Source: Flavobacterium sp.
GTDB lineage: Bacteria > Bacteroidota > Bacteroidia > Flavobacteriales > Flavobacteriaceae
Direction of reading: 5' to 3'
Assembly (NCBI RefSeq): GCF_040402895.1
Contig: NZ_JBBALR010000004.1
Coordinates: 90,080-154,079 of the forward strand
Length of the DNA: 64,000 nt
Shown here: one piece after another, positions 31,076 to 41,865 of the stretch
How the letters are laid out: each line of letters begins with the position of its first letter
Numbering within the stretch: the first letter of the stretch is position 1
Translations under genes and position numbers: made by a program
The notes under the pieces: model-generated
The model's database searches: none
Seen by the model: the letters and a program-made list of their open reading frames with translations, nothing else
Told to the model about the DNA's origin: nothing

Positions 31076-31107
31076 ACGACTTCAATTATTTTGAGGTCGT
31101 TTTTTTT
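31076..31107 (+). terminator. Rho-independent terminator after tRNA-Pro
   Basis: Stem ACGACTTCAA / TTGAGGTCGT (one G-U pair), loop TTATT, then T7. Confidence 0.75.
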
Positions 31108-31213
31108 AGCATTCACTTCACTAACAGACCCTAAATAACAAAGTATTTTTTTATCTTATAAAAACAATAATAAAATAATTATCTAAATAATTCTTTTTTG
31201 TTTAATTATTTAC

Positions 31214-31221
31214 TACTTTTG
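31214..31221 (+). promoter_or_regulatory. -7 box TACTTTTG upstream of folE
   Basis: Matches TAnnTTTG. It lies inside the ORF-track extension, which supports the start at 31240. Confidence 0.45.
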
Positions 31222-31239
31222 TTAAACAAAACAAACTTT

Positions 31240-31926
31240 ATGAAATCAAACTTTATGATTGAAGACAACATACTTACAAATATATCTGTAGAAGATATAG
31301 GAAACGATCATTTATACACTTCATTGGAGACACCAATGGTTGCAGATGCGTTTTCAAAATCGGACACAGAAAAAAAAGAAATTATTGCGTTTCATTTTAC
31401 AGAAATTATGAAAGCATTGGATTTAGATTTGACCGACGACTCTTTAAAAGGAACTCCGGAACGAGTGGCAAAAATGTACATTGAAGAAATTTTTTCAGGA
31501 TTAAATCCTAAAAATAAACCTAAAATGGCGCTTTTCGAGAATAAATACCAATACAATCAAATGTTGGTAGAAAAAAACATCACCTTTTACTCAAATTGCG
31601 AACATCATTTTGTACCAATTTATGGAAAAGCACATGTAGCTTATATTTCTTCCGGAAAAGTAATTGGTTTATCTAAATTAAATAGAATTGTGCAGTATTA
31701 TGCAAAACGACCTCAAGTTCAAGAGCGATTAACTATGCAAATTGCCGAAGATTTAAAAATAGCATTAGAAACCGAAGATGTAGCCGTTATTATTGATGCC
31801 AAACATCTTTGTGTGTCTTCACGTGGTGTAAAAGACGAGAGTTCGGCAACAGTTACCACCTCTTTTAATGGAGCATTTAATACACCTCAAAAAATTAATG
31901 AATTATTACAATTAATTCATAATTAA
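31240..31926 (+). CDS. folE: GTP cyclohydrolase I
   Basis: Zinc/active-site motif SNCEHHFVPIYGKAHVAY. Start chosen at MKSNFMIED (31255 is also possible). Confidence 0.9.
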   Translation: MKSNFMIEDNILTNISVEDIGNDHLYTSLETPMVADAFSKSDTEKKEIIAFHFTEIMKALDLDLTDDSLKGTPERVAKMYIEEIFSGLNPKNKPKMALFENKYQYNQMLVEKNITFYSNCEHHFVPIYGKAHVAYISSGKVIGLSKLNRIVQYYAKRPQVQERLTMQIAEDLKIALETEDVAVIIDAKHLCVSSRGVKDESSATVTTSFNGAFNTPQKINELLQLIHN

Positions 31927-31998
31927 TTTATTTTAAAAACATTTTATTAAATTCTATCTTTTCACTAAAGATAGAATTTTTTTTATAGTATATATTTC

Positions 31999-32006
31999 TA
32001 TCTTTG
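31999..32006 (+). promoter_or_regulatory. -7 box TATCTTTG upstream of udk
   Basis: Matches TAnnTTTG. The ORF-track start at 32004 is the TTG of this box. Confidence 0.45.
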
Positions 32007-32027
32007 TGTAAATTAAAGTTACTATTT

Positions 32028-32639
32028 ATGCTTATAATTGGTATTGCTGGCGGAACAGGTAGTGGAAAAACTACAGTTGTGCATCAAATTATGAACGAAT
32101 TGCCTTCTACAGAAGTTGGTGTGATTTCTCAGGATTCCTATTACAAAGAAACCAGCAACTTAACTTACGAAGAACGCACTAAAATTAATTTTGATCATCC
32201 ACGAGCAATTGATTTTGAATTGTTGATTTTACATTTAAAAGAATTAAAAGCTGGTAACATTATAAACCAACCTATTTATTCTTTTGTAACGCATAACAGA
32301 ACGGATGATACCATTAGCACGCATCCCAGAAAAGTAATGATTGTGGAAGGCATTTTAATATTTACCAATCCAGAAATTAGGGAATTATTTGATATAAAAA
32401 TATTTGTTCATGCGGATTCTGATGAGCGATTAATTCGTAGACTAAAACGAGATATAGCAGAAAGAGGAAGAGATATGGAAGAAGTATTAACTAGATATCA
32501 AACCACTTTGAAACCCATGCACGAACAATTTATTGAGCCTACAAAAGCGTTTGCAGATATAATAATTCCAAATGACAAATACAATACAGTTGCCATTGAT
32601 GTGGTGCGAGCAGTTATTAATCAACGAATTGAAAAATAA
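32028..32639 (+). CDS. udk: uridine kinase
   Basis: P-loop IGIAGGTGSGKTT and the NFDHP motif. The stop overlaps the next ATG (TAATG). Confidence 0.92.
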   Translation: MLIIGIAGGTGSGKTTVVHQIMNELPSTEVGVISQDSYYKETSNLTYEERTKINFDHPRAIDFELLILHLKELKAGNIINQPIYSFVTHNRTDDTISTHPRKVMIVEGILIFTNPEIRELFDIKIFVHADSDERLIRRLKRDIAERGRDMEEVLTRYQTTLKPMHEQFIEPTKAFADIIIPNDKYNTVAIDVVRAVINQRIEK

Positions 32640-32992
32640 TGATTAAGAAATTTCAAAACCTTCTTCAAAAATTTCCTTTGCTAAGCTTTTTAGGAAACAA
32701 ATATTATTTAACCCTTATTGGTTTCATTATTTGGATGCTTTTTTTTGATAATTATTCCTATTTTGAACATCGCTTTTTAAACGACCAAATTGATGAATTA
32801 AATGATAATAAAAAATATTACAAATCTGAAATTGCAAAAGATAGTATTAAAATTAAAAATCTTAAAAACGATAATATGACGGAAAAATATGCTCGCGAAA
32901 AATACTTTATGAAAAAGGACAGCGAAGATATTTACATCATAGAATTTGAAGAAGATAAAATAAAAGATAGTTTACTTGAAGCAAAAAAGTAA
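32639..32992 (+). CDS. septum formation initiator (FtsB/DivIC-like) family protein
   Basis: 117 aa with one N-terminal TM (YYLTLIGFIIWMLFF) followed by a coiled coil. Confidence 0.65.
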   Translation: MIKKFQNLLQKFPLLSFLGNKYYLTLIGFIIWMLFFDNYSYFEHRFLNDQIDELNDNKKYYKSEIAKDSIKIKNLKNDNMTEKYAREKYFMKKDSEDIYIIEFEEDKIKDSLLEAKK

Positions 32993-33030
32993 CCTTCAAA
33001 AAAGTAAGTTTTCAAATCAAAAATAAATCA

Positions 33031-34392
33031 ATGAAAACACAATTATTTCAAGATTTTGATGCGGTTTCATCTAAACAATGGAAACAACAAATTCAATTTG
33101 AATTAAATGGTGCAGATTATAATGACACCTTAATTTGGGAAAGTTTAGAAGGAATAAAAGTTAAACCTTTTTACCATTCAGATGATAGTATTTCCACCTA
33201 TACTTCAAATACAAAAACCACAGCGTTTACTATTTTACAACAAATTTTTGTTCACGACATTCAGATGTCTAACAAAAAAGCAAAAGAAAGCTTAAACCGT
33301 GGAGCAGAAAGTATTTTATTTACAATAGAATCCGATAAAATTGACATCACAAAACTAATGGCTAATTTGCCTTTAGAAAATGTAGTTTATTACTTCCATT
33401 TACCTTTTATTTCAACAGAATATGTAAAAACACTAAATGATTTTGCTACAACTAATTCTTATAATTTCATTATTCAAGTAGATCCTATTGGTCAACTTTG
33501 CAAAGATGGAAATTGGTTCGAAAATTTAAATTCAGATATTCAAAAACTTAATGGAATTTCGAAAAATACGAGTATTCCATTTTTAAATATTCAAGCTGGA
33601 ATGTATCAAAACTCTGGTGCCAATATGGTGCAACAATTGGCATACACGTTAGCGCATTGTAATGAATATTTCAATAGAATTTCAGCAATTAATAAACCGA
33701 TTACTATTGAAGTCGCAATTGGAACCAATTACTTTTTTGAAATTGCCAAACTTCATGCTTTGCGCTTACTTTTCAATACATTAGCTGCAGAATATAAGCA
33801 TAATTTTGATTGCCATATCATAGCCACACCTACAAAACGCAACAAAACATTATACGATTATAATGTAAATATGTTACGCACTACAACCGAATGTATGTCG
33901 GGTATTTTAGGTGGTGCCAATGCGGTTTCTAATTTAGCTTATGATGCCATTTACCATAAAGACAATGAATTTGGCGATAGAATTTCAAGAAATCAGTTAC
34001 TAATATTAAAAGAGGAAAGTTATTTCGACAAAGTTAATAATGCATCAGATGGTGCATATTATATTGAATCTTTAACAGATCAATTAGCAGAAAAAGCTTT
34101 AGAATTATTTAAAGAAATTGAAGCCAATGGTGGTTTTATTACACAATTAATTGAAGGAACCATCCAAAGAAAAATTTCGGAAAGCGCACAAAAGGAACAA
34201 GAATTATTTAATTCTGGTAAAGAAATATTACTTGGAACAAACAAATATCCAAATCCAAACGACAAAATGAAACACGATTTAGAATTGTTTCCTTTCGTTA
34301 AAACTAAAGATAGAAAAACGTTAATTGTACCTATTATCGAAAAACGATTAGCCGAAAAAGTCGAACAAGAACGTTTGGCTCTAGAAGAATAA
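33031..34392 (+). CDS. mutA: methylmalonyl-CoA mutase small (beta) subunit
   Basis: 453 aa. Mutase TIM-barrel-like sequence without the B12 DxHxxG motif. Lies upstream of mutB. Confidence 0.82.
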   Translation: MKTQLFQDFDAVSSKQWKQQIQFELNGADYNDTLIWESLEGIKVKPFYHSDDSISTYTSNTKTTAFTILQQIFVHDIQMSNKKAKESLNRGAESILFTIESDKIDITKLMANLPLENVVYYFHLPFISTEYVKTLNDFATTNSYNFIIQVDPIGQLCKDGNWFENLNSDIQKLNGISKNTSIPFLNIQAGMYQNSGANMVQQLAYTLAHCNEYFNRISAINKPITIEVAIGTNYFFEIAKLHALRLLFNTLAAEYKHNFDCHIIATPTKRNKTLYDYNVNMLRTTTECMSGILGGANAVSNLAYDAIYHKDNEFGDRISRNQLLILKEESYFDKVNNASDGAYYIESLTDQLAEKALELFKEIEANGGFITQLIEGTIQRKISESAQKEQELFNSGKEILLGTNKYPNPNDKMKHDLELFPFVKTKDRKTLIVPIIEKRLAEKVEQERLALEE

Positions 34393-34416
34393 TATTTCAA
34401 ATTAATTAAATTTATT

Positions 34417-37416
34417 ATGAAAAAAATAATTTTTGCACTGACAAGCATAATCACTTTAAACATTTACTCACAAAGTATTGATGTAACAGAAATAGAATTT
34501 AATACTGTTGGCGATAGTAATCCTCATAACTTAACAAAAGGAATAAGTAAAATTTACTTCATAGCTGATAACGGAATTGAAGGTAAACAATTATGGGTTA
34601 ATAACACTTCAACTAATAAAACTTATATGGTTAAAGTTATTAATGGGATAGATAATTCCAACTTTTTAACTATTGGTGATATTTTATATTTTACTATTAA
34701 TATCGGAACTGAATTATGGAGGAGTGATGGAACTGAACTTGGAACCTATCTAGTTAAACATATAAATAGCAATAGTTGGTCAAATAATACTATAACTAAA
34801 TTATACAATTATAACAATAAAGTTGTCTTTGGGGCCGATGACGATATTAATGGTAAGGAACTTTGGATTAGTGATGGAACAACTAACGGAACAACACTAT
34901 TAAAAAATATTAACACTGGTTCGAATAGCAGTAATCCGAGTAACTTTTTTACTTTTAACGGTTCTTTATATTTTACTGCGAATGATGGAATTAACGGATA
35001 CGAGATTTGGAAAAGTGATGGAACGACATCTGGAACATTACTTTTTAAAAATATTGACTTAACATCTAGTAACAGTATAATTGATGGTAAATTCATTATT
35101 CTTAATAATGCATTTTATTTTTATGCAAATAATAATATTAATGGTTTTGAACTTTGGAAAAGTGACGGCACTTCGACAGGAACACAATTATTTAAAGACA
35201 TCAATGTAGGAAATGGCAGTTCTAACTACACCTTAATAGGAGCAAATACAAATAGTTATTTTATTTTTGAAGTAAACTCTTCTACAATTGGAACAGAATT
35301 ATGGAAGTCTGATGGAACTATCGCAGGGACAATTTTATTAAAGGACATAAATGTTGGATCAAATAATAGCGTTAATAATGATACACAATTTGCAGTTCTA
35401 AATGATAAAATTTATTTTAATGCAACTACTTCTATTAATGGAAATGAATTATGGGGAACAGACGGAACTACTTCTGGTACGCAACTTGTTAAAGATATTT
35501 ATATAGGTACAACCAATAGTGAAATAGTTTCTTTAACCGGAGTTAGTAATTATCTAATATTTTCAGCACACGATAATACACATACTTACAATTCTGTATG
35601 GATAAGTAACGGTACTAATATCGGAACATTTGAGTTGAAAAACATTGACTTAACGCAATATCTAAATATAAATTTGAGCTTTGTTGAATTTAATAATAAA
35701 GTTTTTTTTTCTGCAGGTTATAACTCTTCAAAAGGAGTTGAGCTATGGACAACTGATGGAACCACAGTAAACACAAAACAATTCTATGAAATATCTCATC
35801 AATTAGCGGGAATTACTGATTTTTTTGATTCAGCAGAGATTGCAGGAAAATTAATTTTTACTGGTAATAATGGAAACGGAAATGAACCATTTATAACAGA
35901 CGGTACCATTAATGGGAGCCAAATAATAAAGGATATTATTCCTGGAAGTGGCGGTCCATTTTATAGTAGTGATGGTTTTAGACCGGCTTCTTATACAAAA
36001 GCTGGAAATTATGTTTACTTTAGAGCTTCAAGTGCTGGTTTAGGTTTTGAAATATGGAAAACAAATGGTACAGTAGAAAGTACATCAATAGTTAAAGATA
36101 TTAATGCTGGAAGTAGCAGTAGTATTTCTGAGTTCCCGTTTTTTTTAGAATTCAATAATATATTCTATTTCAAGGCTAATGATGGAATTCATGGTGAAGA
36201 ATTATGGAGAAGTGACGGTTCAAGTGCAGGAACTTATATGGTTAAAGATATAAATGTCGGTAGCGCATCTTCATTAAATGGATTATCAAATGTATATTAT
36301 AACAATCCTAATATTTTAAATCAAAAATGCTATGCAATATTGAATGGATTTCTTTATTTTACAGCTAATGATGGAATAGATAATTCTATTTGGAGAACAG
36401 ACGGCACACCAAATGGAACTAATAAAGTTATTATTATTCCTACTAGTGGTAATTATGATAATAATAGAATTATTATTAATGCAACCAATAATAAATTCTT
36501 TTTTAAAACAAATTCAAATAATTCATCATATGGTAATAACACTTTGTGGTCTTCAGATGGAACACAATTAGGTACAATTCAATTATTTTCTACAAATATA
36601 ACTGGCACAACACAATTCAAGAAAAACATTGTTCATAACAACAATTTATATTATACTATTTTTGGTACAAATGGAAATACACTTATGAAATCTGATGGTA
36701 CTGCTATCGGCACAATAGTAGTAAAAGAAAATTTTACGACACAAGAAACATTCAATGCGTTAACATCCTGTGGAAATGAGGTTTACTTTGCAGTAGGAGT
36801 GCAAGGAATTGTAGGCTCAAAGGAATTATGGAGAACAAATGGAACTAATATCGGAACAATAAAACTTGGGGATTTAACATCATCAAATGAAAGTTTTATT
36901 TATTGTAACACATGTTATCAAAATAATTTATTATTCAAAAAAAATTTTTTAGATGAAAATAAAATATATTTTGTGAATACTACATCAACAAATACAGATA
37001 ATTATCTTACTACAAATATTGTAAATTCTGAAAATTTTGGAGAGTATGGATATTATAGTTTTGCTGATTTTTATAATTTAAATAACAAATTACTATTTAC
37101 TGGGGCAAAAAAATATAATGGACATGAACTTTATTCTTCAGAATTTAATATGACTCTTGATATTTCTGATTTTCATAAGAATTTAAATAATACAATAACA
37201 ATTTATCCTAATCCAGCAAAAGATTTCATTAGCTTTAAAACCAATGAAAATGAAATGGTTACGAAAGTTACTGTTTTTAATTTGCTAGGGGAAAATATTT
37301 ATTCATCAAATATTTTCAACAATAAATTATTATTAAACATCAATAATGGTATATATATCGTAAACATCTTTACTAATAAATCCCAATACAGTGCTAAATT
37401 AATTATACAAAAATAA
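34417..37416 (+). CDS. ELWxxDGT-repeat protein with T9SS C-terminal sorting domain
   Basis: Signal peptide. About 15 repeats of the type ELW(K/R)SDGT..GT spaced about 50 aa apart. C-terminal [14 protein letters not shown]...GIYIVNI...KLIIQK is a typical type A T9SS sorting domain. Confidence 0.85.
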   Translation: MKKIIFALTSIITLNIYSQSIDVTEIEFNTVGDSNPHNLTKGISKIYFIADNGIEGKQLWVNNTSTNKTYMVKVINGIDNSNFLTIGDILYFTINIGTELWRSDGTELGTYLVKHINSNSWSNNTITKLYNYNNKVVFGADDDINGKELWISDGTTNGTTLLKNINTGSNSSNPSNFFTFNGSLYFTANDGINGYEIWKSDGTTSGTLLFKNIDLTSSNSIIDGKFIILNNAFYFYANNNINGFELWKSDGTSTGTQLFKDINVGNGSSNYTLIGANTNSYFIFEVNSSTIGTELWKSDGTIAGTILLKDINVGSNNSVNNDTQFAVLNDKIYFNATTSINGNELWGTDGTTSGTQLVKDIYIGTTNSEIVSLTGVSNYLIFSAHDNTHTYNSVWISNGTNIGTFELKNIDLTQYLNINLSFVEFNNKVFFSAGYNSSKGVELWTTDGTTVNTKQFYEISHQLAGITDFFDSAEIAGKLIFTGNNGNGNEPFITDGTINGSQIIKDIIPGSGGPFYSSDGFRPASYTKAGNYVYFRASSAGLGFEIWKTNGTVESTSIVKDINAGSSSSISEFPFFLEFNNIFYFKANDGIHGEELWRSDGSSAGTYMVKDINVGSASSLNGLSNVYYNNPNILNQKCYAILNGFLYFTANDGIDNSIWRTDGTPNGTNKVIIIPTSGNYDNNRIIINATNNKFFFKTNSNNSSYGNNTLWSSDGTQLGTIQLFSTNITGTTQFKKNIVHNNNLYYTIFGTNGNTLMKSDGTAIGTIVVKENFTTQETFNALTSCGNEVYFAVGVQGIVGSKELWRTNGTNIGTIKLGDLTSSNESFIYCNTCYQNNLLFKKNFLDENKIYFVNTTSTNTDNYLTTNIVNSENFGEYGYYSFADFYNLNNKLLFTGAKKYNGHELYSSEFNMTLDISDFHKNLNNTITIYPNPAKDFISFKTNENEMVTKVTVFNLLGENIYSSNIFNNKLLLNINNGIYIVNIFTNKSQYSAKLIIQK

Positions 37417-37424
37417 TTATAGCC

Positions 37425-39548
37425 ATGAGAAAAAACATACAACATATACAATTAGTCAAAAGTCAAAAGTCGAAAGTTGAAAGTAATCAAACCAACTTCC
37501 ACACAGCCGAAAACATTGATTTAAAAAAAATCTACTCCAAAGAAGATATTGAAGGATTAGAGCACATTGGTTTTGGAGCGGGTTTTGCACCCAACTTACG
37601 AGGTCCATACGCTACCATGTACGTACGCCGACCTTGGACCATTCGTCAATATGCCGGATTTTCAACTGCTGAAGAAAGTAATGCGTTTTATCGTCGTAAT
37701 TTAGCTGCCGGACAAAAAGGGTTATCTGTTGCCTTTGATTTAGCCACACATCGTGGGTACGATTCCGATCATATTCGTGTACAAGGTGATGTTGGAAAAG
37801 CAGGCGTAGCTATTGATTCGGTGGAAGATATGAAAATTCTTTTCGACCAAATTCCGTTAGATGAAATGTCGGTTTCTATGACAATGAATGGTGCGGTATT
37901 ACCTATAATGGCTTTCTATATCGTAGCTGCAGAAGAACAAGACGTATCGCCAAATCAATTAGCTGGAACCATACAAAATGATATTTTAAAGGAATTTATG
38001 GTACGAAATACGTACATCTATCCGCCAACGCCTTCTATGAAAATTATTGCCGATATTTTTGAATATACGAGTAATAATATGCCTAAATTTAATTCTATTT
38101 CTATTTCTGGTTATCATATGCAAGAAGCAGGTGCAACTGCCGATATTGAATTGGCGTACACACTTGCAGATGGTTTAGAATATATTCGAACTGGATTATC
38201 AACAGGAATGAAAATTGACGACTTCGCGCCTCGCCTATCTTTCTTTTGGGCAATCGGAATGAATCATTTTATGGAAATTGCAAAAATGCGTGCGGGAAGA
38301 ATGCTTTGGGCAAAATTACTAAAACAATTTAACCCTAAAGATGAAAAATCATTAGCATTACGTACCCATTGTCAAACATCGGGTTGGAGTTTAACCGAAC
38401 AAGATCCATTTAATAATGTGGCTCGAACAACAATTGAAGCGGCTGCTGCTGCTTTTGGCGGTACACAATCGTTACACACTAATGCCTTAGACGAAGCTAT
38501 CGCTTTACCTACAGATTTTTCGGCAAGAATTGCTCGAAACACGCAAATTTTCTTACAGGAAGAAACTAAAATTTGTAAAACAGTAGATCCTTGGGCAGGA
38601 AGTTATTATGTAGAAAGTTTAACGGCAGAAATTATAGAAAAAGCGTGGACTTTAATTGAAGAAGTAGAAGCTTTAGGAGGAATGACCAAAGCCATTGAAG
38701 CAGGAATACCAAAATTACGAATTGAAGAAGCTGCAGCGAGAAAACAAGCTCGAATTGATAGCACACAAGATATTATTGTCGGCGTAAATAAATACCGTTT
38801 AGAAAAAGAAGATCCATTACATATTTTAGATGTAGATAACGATATGGTACGCAAGCAACAAGTCTCTAGATTAGCAGAAATAAAAGCAAAAAGAGATACT
38901 GCTAAAGCGGCAAAAAGCATGCAAGATTTAACAGAATGTGCCAAAACAGGAAATGGTAATTTATTAGCTATTGCGGTTGAAGCCGCAAGAAATAGAGTAA
39001 CTTTAGGAGAAATTAGTGATGCTTTAGAAGTGGTCTTTGGACGACATAAAGCGCAAATTAAATCGATTAGTGGTGTGTATAGCAAAGCAATAAAAAATGA
39101 TGAAAGTTTTGAAAAAGCAAAACAATTAGCCAACGAATTCGCTAAAAAAGAAGGTAGAAGACCCAGAATTATGATTGCTAAAATGGGGCAAGACGGTCAC
39201 GACAGAGGTGCAAAAGTAGTCGCTACAGGTTATGCCGATGTAGGTTTTGATGTAGATATTGGGCCTTTGTTTCAAACACCTGCCGAAGCAGCCAAACAAG
39301 CCGTGGAAAATGATGTACACATTTTAGGTGTATCTTCATTAGCTGCCGGACATAAAACTTTAGTGCCTCAAGTAATTGAAGAATTAAAAAAATATGGCAG
39401 AGAAGACATTATGGTAATTGTTGGAGGTGTAATTCCAGCGCAAGATTATCAATTTTTATTCGATGCTGGAGCTGTTGCGGTTTTTGGTCCTGGAACTAAA
39501 ATTAGTGAAGCCGCAATTAGTATTTTAGAGGTTTTGATTGAGGATTAA
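37425..39548 (+). CDS. mutB: methylmalonyl-CoA mutase large (alpha) subunit
   Basis: 707 aa. Core [19 protein letters not shown] and the B12-binding [11 protein letters not shown] motif (DxHxxG). Confidence 0.95.
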   Translation: MRKNIQHIQLVKSQKSKVESNQTNFHTAENIDLKKIYSKEDIEGLEHIGFGAGFAPNLRGPYATMYVRRPWTIRQYAGFSTAEESNAFYRRNLAAGQKGLSVAFDLATHRGYDSDHIRVQGDVGKAGVAIDSVEDMKILFDQIPLDEMSVSMTMNGAVLPIMAFYIVAAEEQDVSPNQLAGTIQNDILKEFMVRNTYIYPPTPSMKIIADIFEYTSNNMPKFNSISISGYHMQEAGATADIELAYTLADGLEYIRTGLSTGMKIDDFAPRLSFFWAIGMNHFMEIAKMRAGRMLWAKLLKQFNPKDEKSLALRTHCQTSGWSLTEQDPFNNVARTTIEAAAAAFGGTQSLHTNALDEAIALPTDFSARIARNTQIFLQEETKICKTVDPWAGSYYVESLTAEIIEKAWTLIEEVEALGGMTKAIEAGIPKLRIEEAAARKQARIDSTQDIIVGVNKYRLEKEDPLHILDVDNDMVRKQQVSRLAEIKAKRDTAKAAKSMQDLTECAKTGNGNLLAIAVEAARNRVTLGEISDALEVVFGRHKAQIKSISGVYSKAIKNDESFEKAKQLANEFAKKEGRRPRIMIAKMGQDGHDRGAKVVATGYADVGFDVDIGPLFQTPAEAAKQAVENDVHILGVSSLAAGHKTLVPQVIEELKKYGREDIMVIVGGVIPAQDYQFLFDAGAVAVFGPGTKISEAAISILEVLIED
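37454..37488 (+). repeat. heptanucleotide tandem repeat (AGTCAAA x2, AGTCGAA, AGTTGAA, AGTAATC) inside the 5' end of mutB
   Basis: Five consecutive 7-nt units read directly. They encode [12 protein letters not shown] in the MutB N-terminal extension. Confidence 0.65.
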
Positions 39549-39556
39549 ATATATTC

Positions 39557-39589
39557 AAACCTGACAGGTTTCAAAAACCTGTCAGGTTT
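39557..39589. terminator. 14-bp perfect hairpin between mutB and lpxD
   Basis: AAACCTGACAGGTT-TCAAA-AACCTGTCAGGTTT. The flanks are AT-rich but there is no long T-run. Confidence 0.6.
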
Positions 39590-39594
39590 AATTA

Positions 39595-40593
39595 TTATTT
39601 ATTAGCATCTCTTACCAATCTTTTCAAAATTGCCCATTGTTTTAAGGCGTCTCTGGCTTCTACTGCTGGATAACCTAACATTGTTTTTCCTGCCGGAATA
39701 TCACCTGTTACACCAGAACCTGCACCAACTATAGCACCATCCCCTATTACTGTATGGTCTTTAATAGAAGCACTACCACCAATAATTACGCCATTTCCTA
39801 ACGTTACAGAACCTGCCAATCCAGAGTTCCCAGCCATAATACAAAATTTACCCAATTTACTATTGTGACCAATTTGTACTAAATTATCAATTTTACAGCC
39901 ATCTCCAACAATTGTAGAACTAAATTTTCCTCTATCTACACAAGAATTCGCTCCAATTTCTACACCATTACCAATAATCACATTACCAATTTGCGGAATT
40001 TTCACCAATCCTCTTTCTGGATCTGGACGGAAACCAAAACCATCCGCACCAATAGTTGCATTTGGATGTATAATACAATGACTACCAATATGGCAACGCT
40101 CACGAATTACAGCTCCAGACCAAATGGTGGTTTGATTTCCAATCGTACATTCGTCTAAAATTGTTACATTTGGATAAATAAGTACGTTTTCTCCAATAAT
40201 TACATTTGGACCAATATAGGCTCCTGCGCCAATTTTTGAACCTGCACCAATTTTTGCTGAAGCATCAACAACAGCTGTGGGATGCATCGCTACAGAAAAA
40301 ACAGGCATAGGAGGAGCGAACATTTCCAATACTTGCGACATCGCCAAATCGGCGTTTGACACTTTTATAAAAGCCCGATTTTCACCTGGTTCAATAGAAA
40401 TATCATGATTTACAACTGCTACACAAGCTTTCGAATCCGACCAAAATTTTTCGTATTTTTTATTTCCTATAAAAGATATTTCTGTGTCTTTTGCTGCTTC
40501 TAATTGTTCTGGTGCTGTAATAATTGTGGTGGTATTACCAACAATTTCACCTTTTATTACTTCATTTATTTCTTGAATAGTATATGTTTTCAT
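39595..40593 (-). CDS. lpxD: UDP-3-O-(3-hydroxyacyl)glucosamine N-acyltransferase
   Basis: 332 aa. N-terminal uridine-binding region plus a long hexapeptide-repeat beta-helix. Confidence 0.92.
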   Translation of the reverse strand: MKTYTIQEINEVIKGEIVGNTTTIITAPEQLEAAKDTEISFIGNKKYEKFWSDSKACVAVVNHDISIEPGENRAFIKVSNADLAMSQVLEMFAPPMPVFSVAMHPTAVVDASAKIGAGSKIGAGAYIGPNVIIGENVLIYPNVTILDECTIGNQTTIWSGAVIRERCHIGSHCIIHPNATIGADGFGFRPDPERGLVKIPQIGNVIIGNGVEIGANSCVDRGKFSSTIVGDGCKIDNLVQIGHNSKLGKFCIMAGNSGLAGSVTLGNGVIIGGSASIKDHTVIGDGAIVGAGSGVTGDIPAGKTMLGYPAVEARDALKQWAILKRLVRDANK

Positions 40594-40723
40594 CCGATGG
40601 AATAGTTAATTATTTAAACCTAAATATTTTGCACCAAAGTACATTAAAACTAATTAATATGAAAATTTTTAAAATTTTACAGAAAATAATGCCGAATAAT
40701 TTCGAATTTAAAACAGCAAAAAA

Positions 40724-41626
40724 TTATTTTCCTCTTGGATGAAAGGTGTTCATTACATCTGCTAAAAATTTTCTATCCAAGTGCATATAGACTTCTGTAG
40801 TCGTAATAGATTCGTGACCCAACATCAATTGAATCGAACGTAAATCGGCACCATTTTCTAATAAATGTGTCGCAAAAGAATGCCGAAATGTATGTGGTGA
40901 GATGGTTTTTTTTAAATCGATTTTTAAGGCTAAATCCTTAATAATTGTAAAAACCATAGCGCGAGTAAGTTGTTTTCCCCTACGATTGAGAAACAACGTA
41001 TCTTCGTGTCCTTTTTGAATAGGTATATGGGTACGAATGAAGTTTTTATAGTTCAAAATTATTTTTTGCGTGGACAAACCAATTGGAACAAAGCGTTGTT
41101 TGTTTCCTTTTCCTGTAATTTTCAGAAAACCTTCTTCAAAAAATAAATCGGATATTTTTAAGGTGACCAATTCAGAAACACGTAAACCACAACTATAAAG
41201 GGTTTCCAACATCGCTTTATTTCGTTCTCCTTCGGTTGAAGTTAAGTTTATGGCTTGAATTAATAAATCTATTTCTTCTGTAGAAAGGGTATCGGGTAAT
41301 TTTCTTCCTGTTTTTGGGACTTCAATTAATTCAAGCGGCGTGTCTTTGCGATACTCTTCAAAAATTAAATAATTAAAAAAACTCTTTAAACCTGAAATTA
41401 TCCTGGATTGACTTCGCGCATTCACTTGAGTAGAAATGGTGTAAATAAATTGTTGCACCTGTTCGTCAGTAATTTTTATTGGAGAAACCTCTATGTTATT
41501 TTCTGTTAGAAAACCTACTAATTTTTCAATATCAAAACTATAATTCTGAATGGTATTAAGAGACAATCCACGTTCCAATCGTAAATAATTTTGATATTCT
41601 TTTATGTAAGTATTCCAATTTGGCAT
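40724..41626 (-). CDS. xerD: site-specific tyrosine recombinase XerD
   Basis: 300 aa. Catalytic region HTFRHSFATHLL ... LGHESITTTEVYMH. Confidence 0.88.
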   Translation of the reverse strand: MPNWNTYIKEYQNYLRLERGLSLNTIQNYSFDIEKLVGFLTENNIEVSPIKITDEQVQQFIYTISTQVNARSQSRIISGLKSFFNYLIFEEYRKDTPLELIEVPKTGRKLPDTLSTEEIDLLIQAINLTSTEGERNKAMLETLYSCGLRVSELVTLKISDLFFEEGFLKITGKGNKQRFVPIGLSTQKIILNYKNFIRTHIPIQKGHEDTLFLNRRGKQLTRAMVFTIIKDLALKIDLKKTISPHTFRHSFATHLLENGADLRSIQLMLGHESITTTEVYMHLDRKFLADVMNTFHPRGK

Positions 41627-41726
41627 TCCAGTTTGAATTTAGGCTAAGATATAGCTTTCCATTTTCTGATGCAATACTTATTAAAAGTAAGGCATAAAAA
41701 AAGCCCTACATTTCTGTAAGGCTTTG

Positions 41727-41801
41727 GGTGGAAGACCGGGTTCGAACCGGCGACCCTCGGTACCACAAACCGATGCTCTAACCAGCTGAGCTACAACCAC
41801 C
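41727..41801 (-). tRNA. tRNA-His (anticodon GUG) with encoded G-1
   Basis: Hand fold on the minus strand: G(-1)-GTGGTTG, D-arm GCTC-AGCTGGTTA-GAGC, anticodon stem TCGGT/ACCGA with loop TTGTGGT, T-arm GCCGG-TTCGAAC-CCGGT, 3' acceptor strand CTTCCAC-C. Positions 5:68 and 6:67 are U-U. Confidence 0.85.
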
Positions 41802-41818
41802 ATGTATAAATACGGGTG

Positions 41819-41826
41819 CAAATATA
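41819..41826 (-). promoter_or_regulatory. -7 box TATATTTG (context TTATATTTGCACCC) for tRNA-His
   Basis: Minus strand reads TATATTTG, ending 17 nt upstream of the tRNA 5' end. Confidence 0.55.
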
Positions 41827-41865
41827 ACACTAAACTTCATACTTGCAAAGAAAAAAATAAATATT

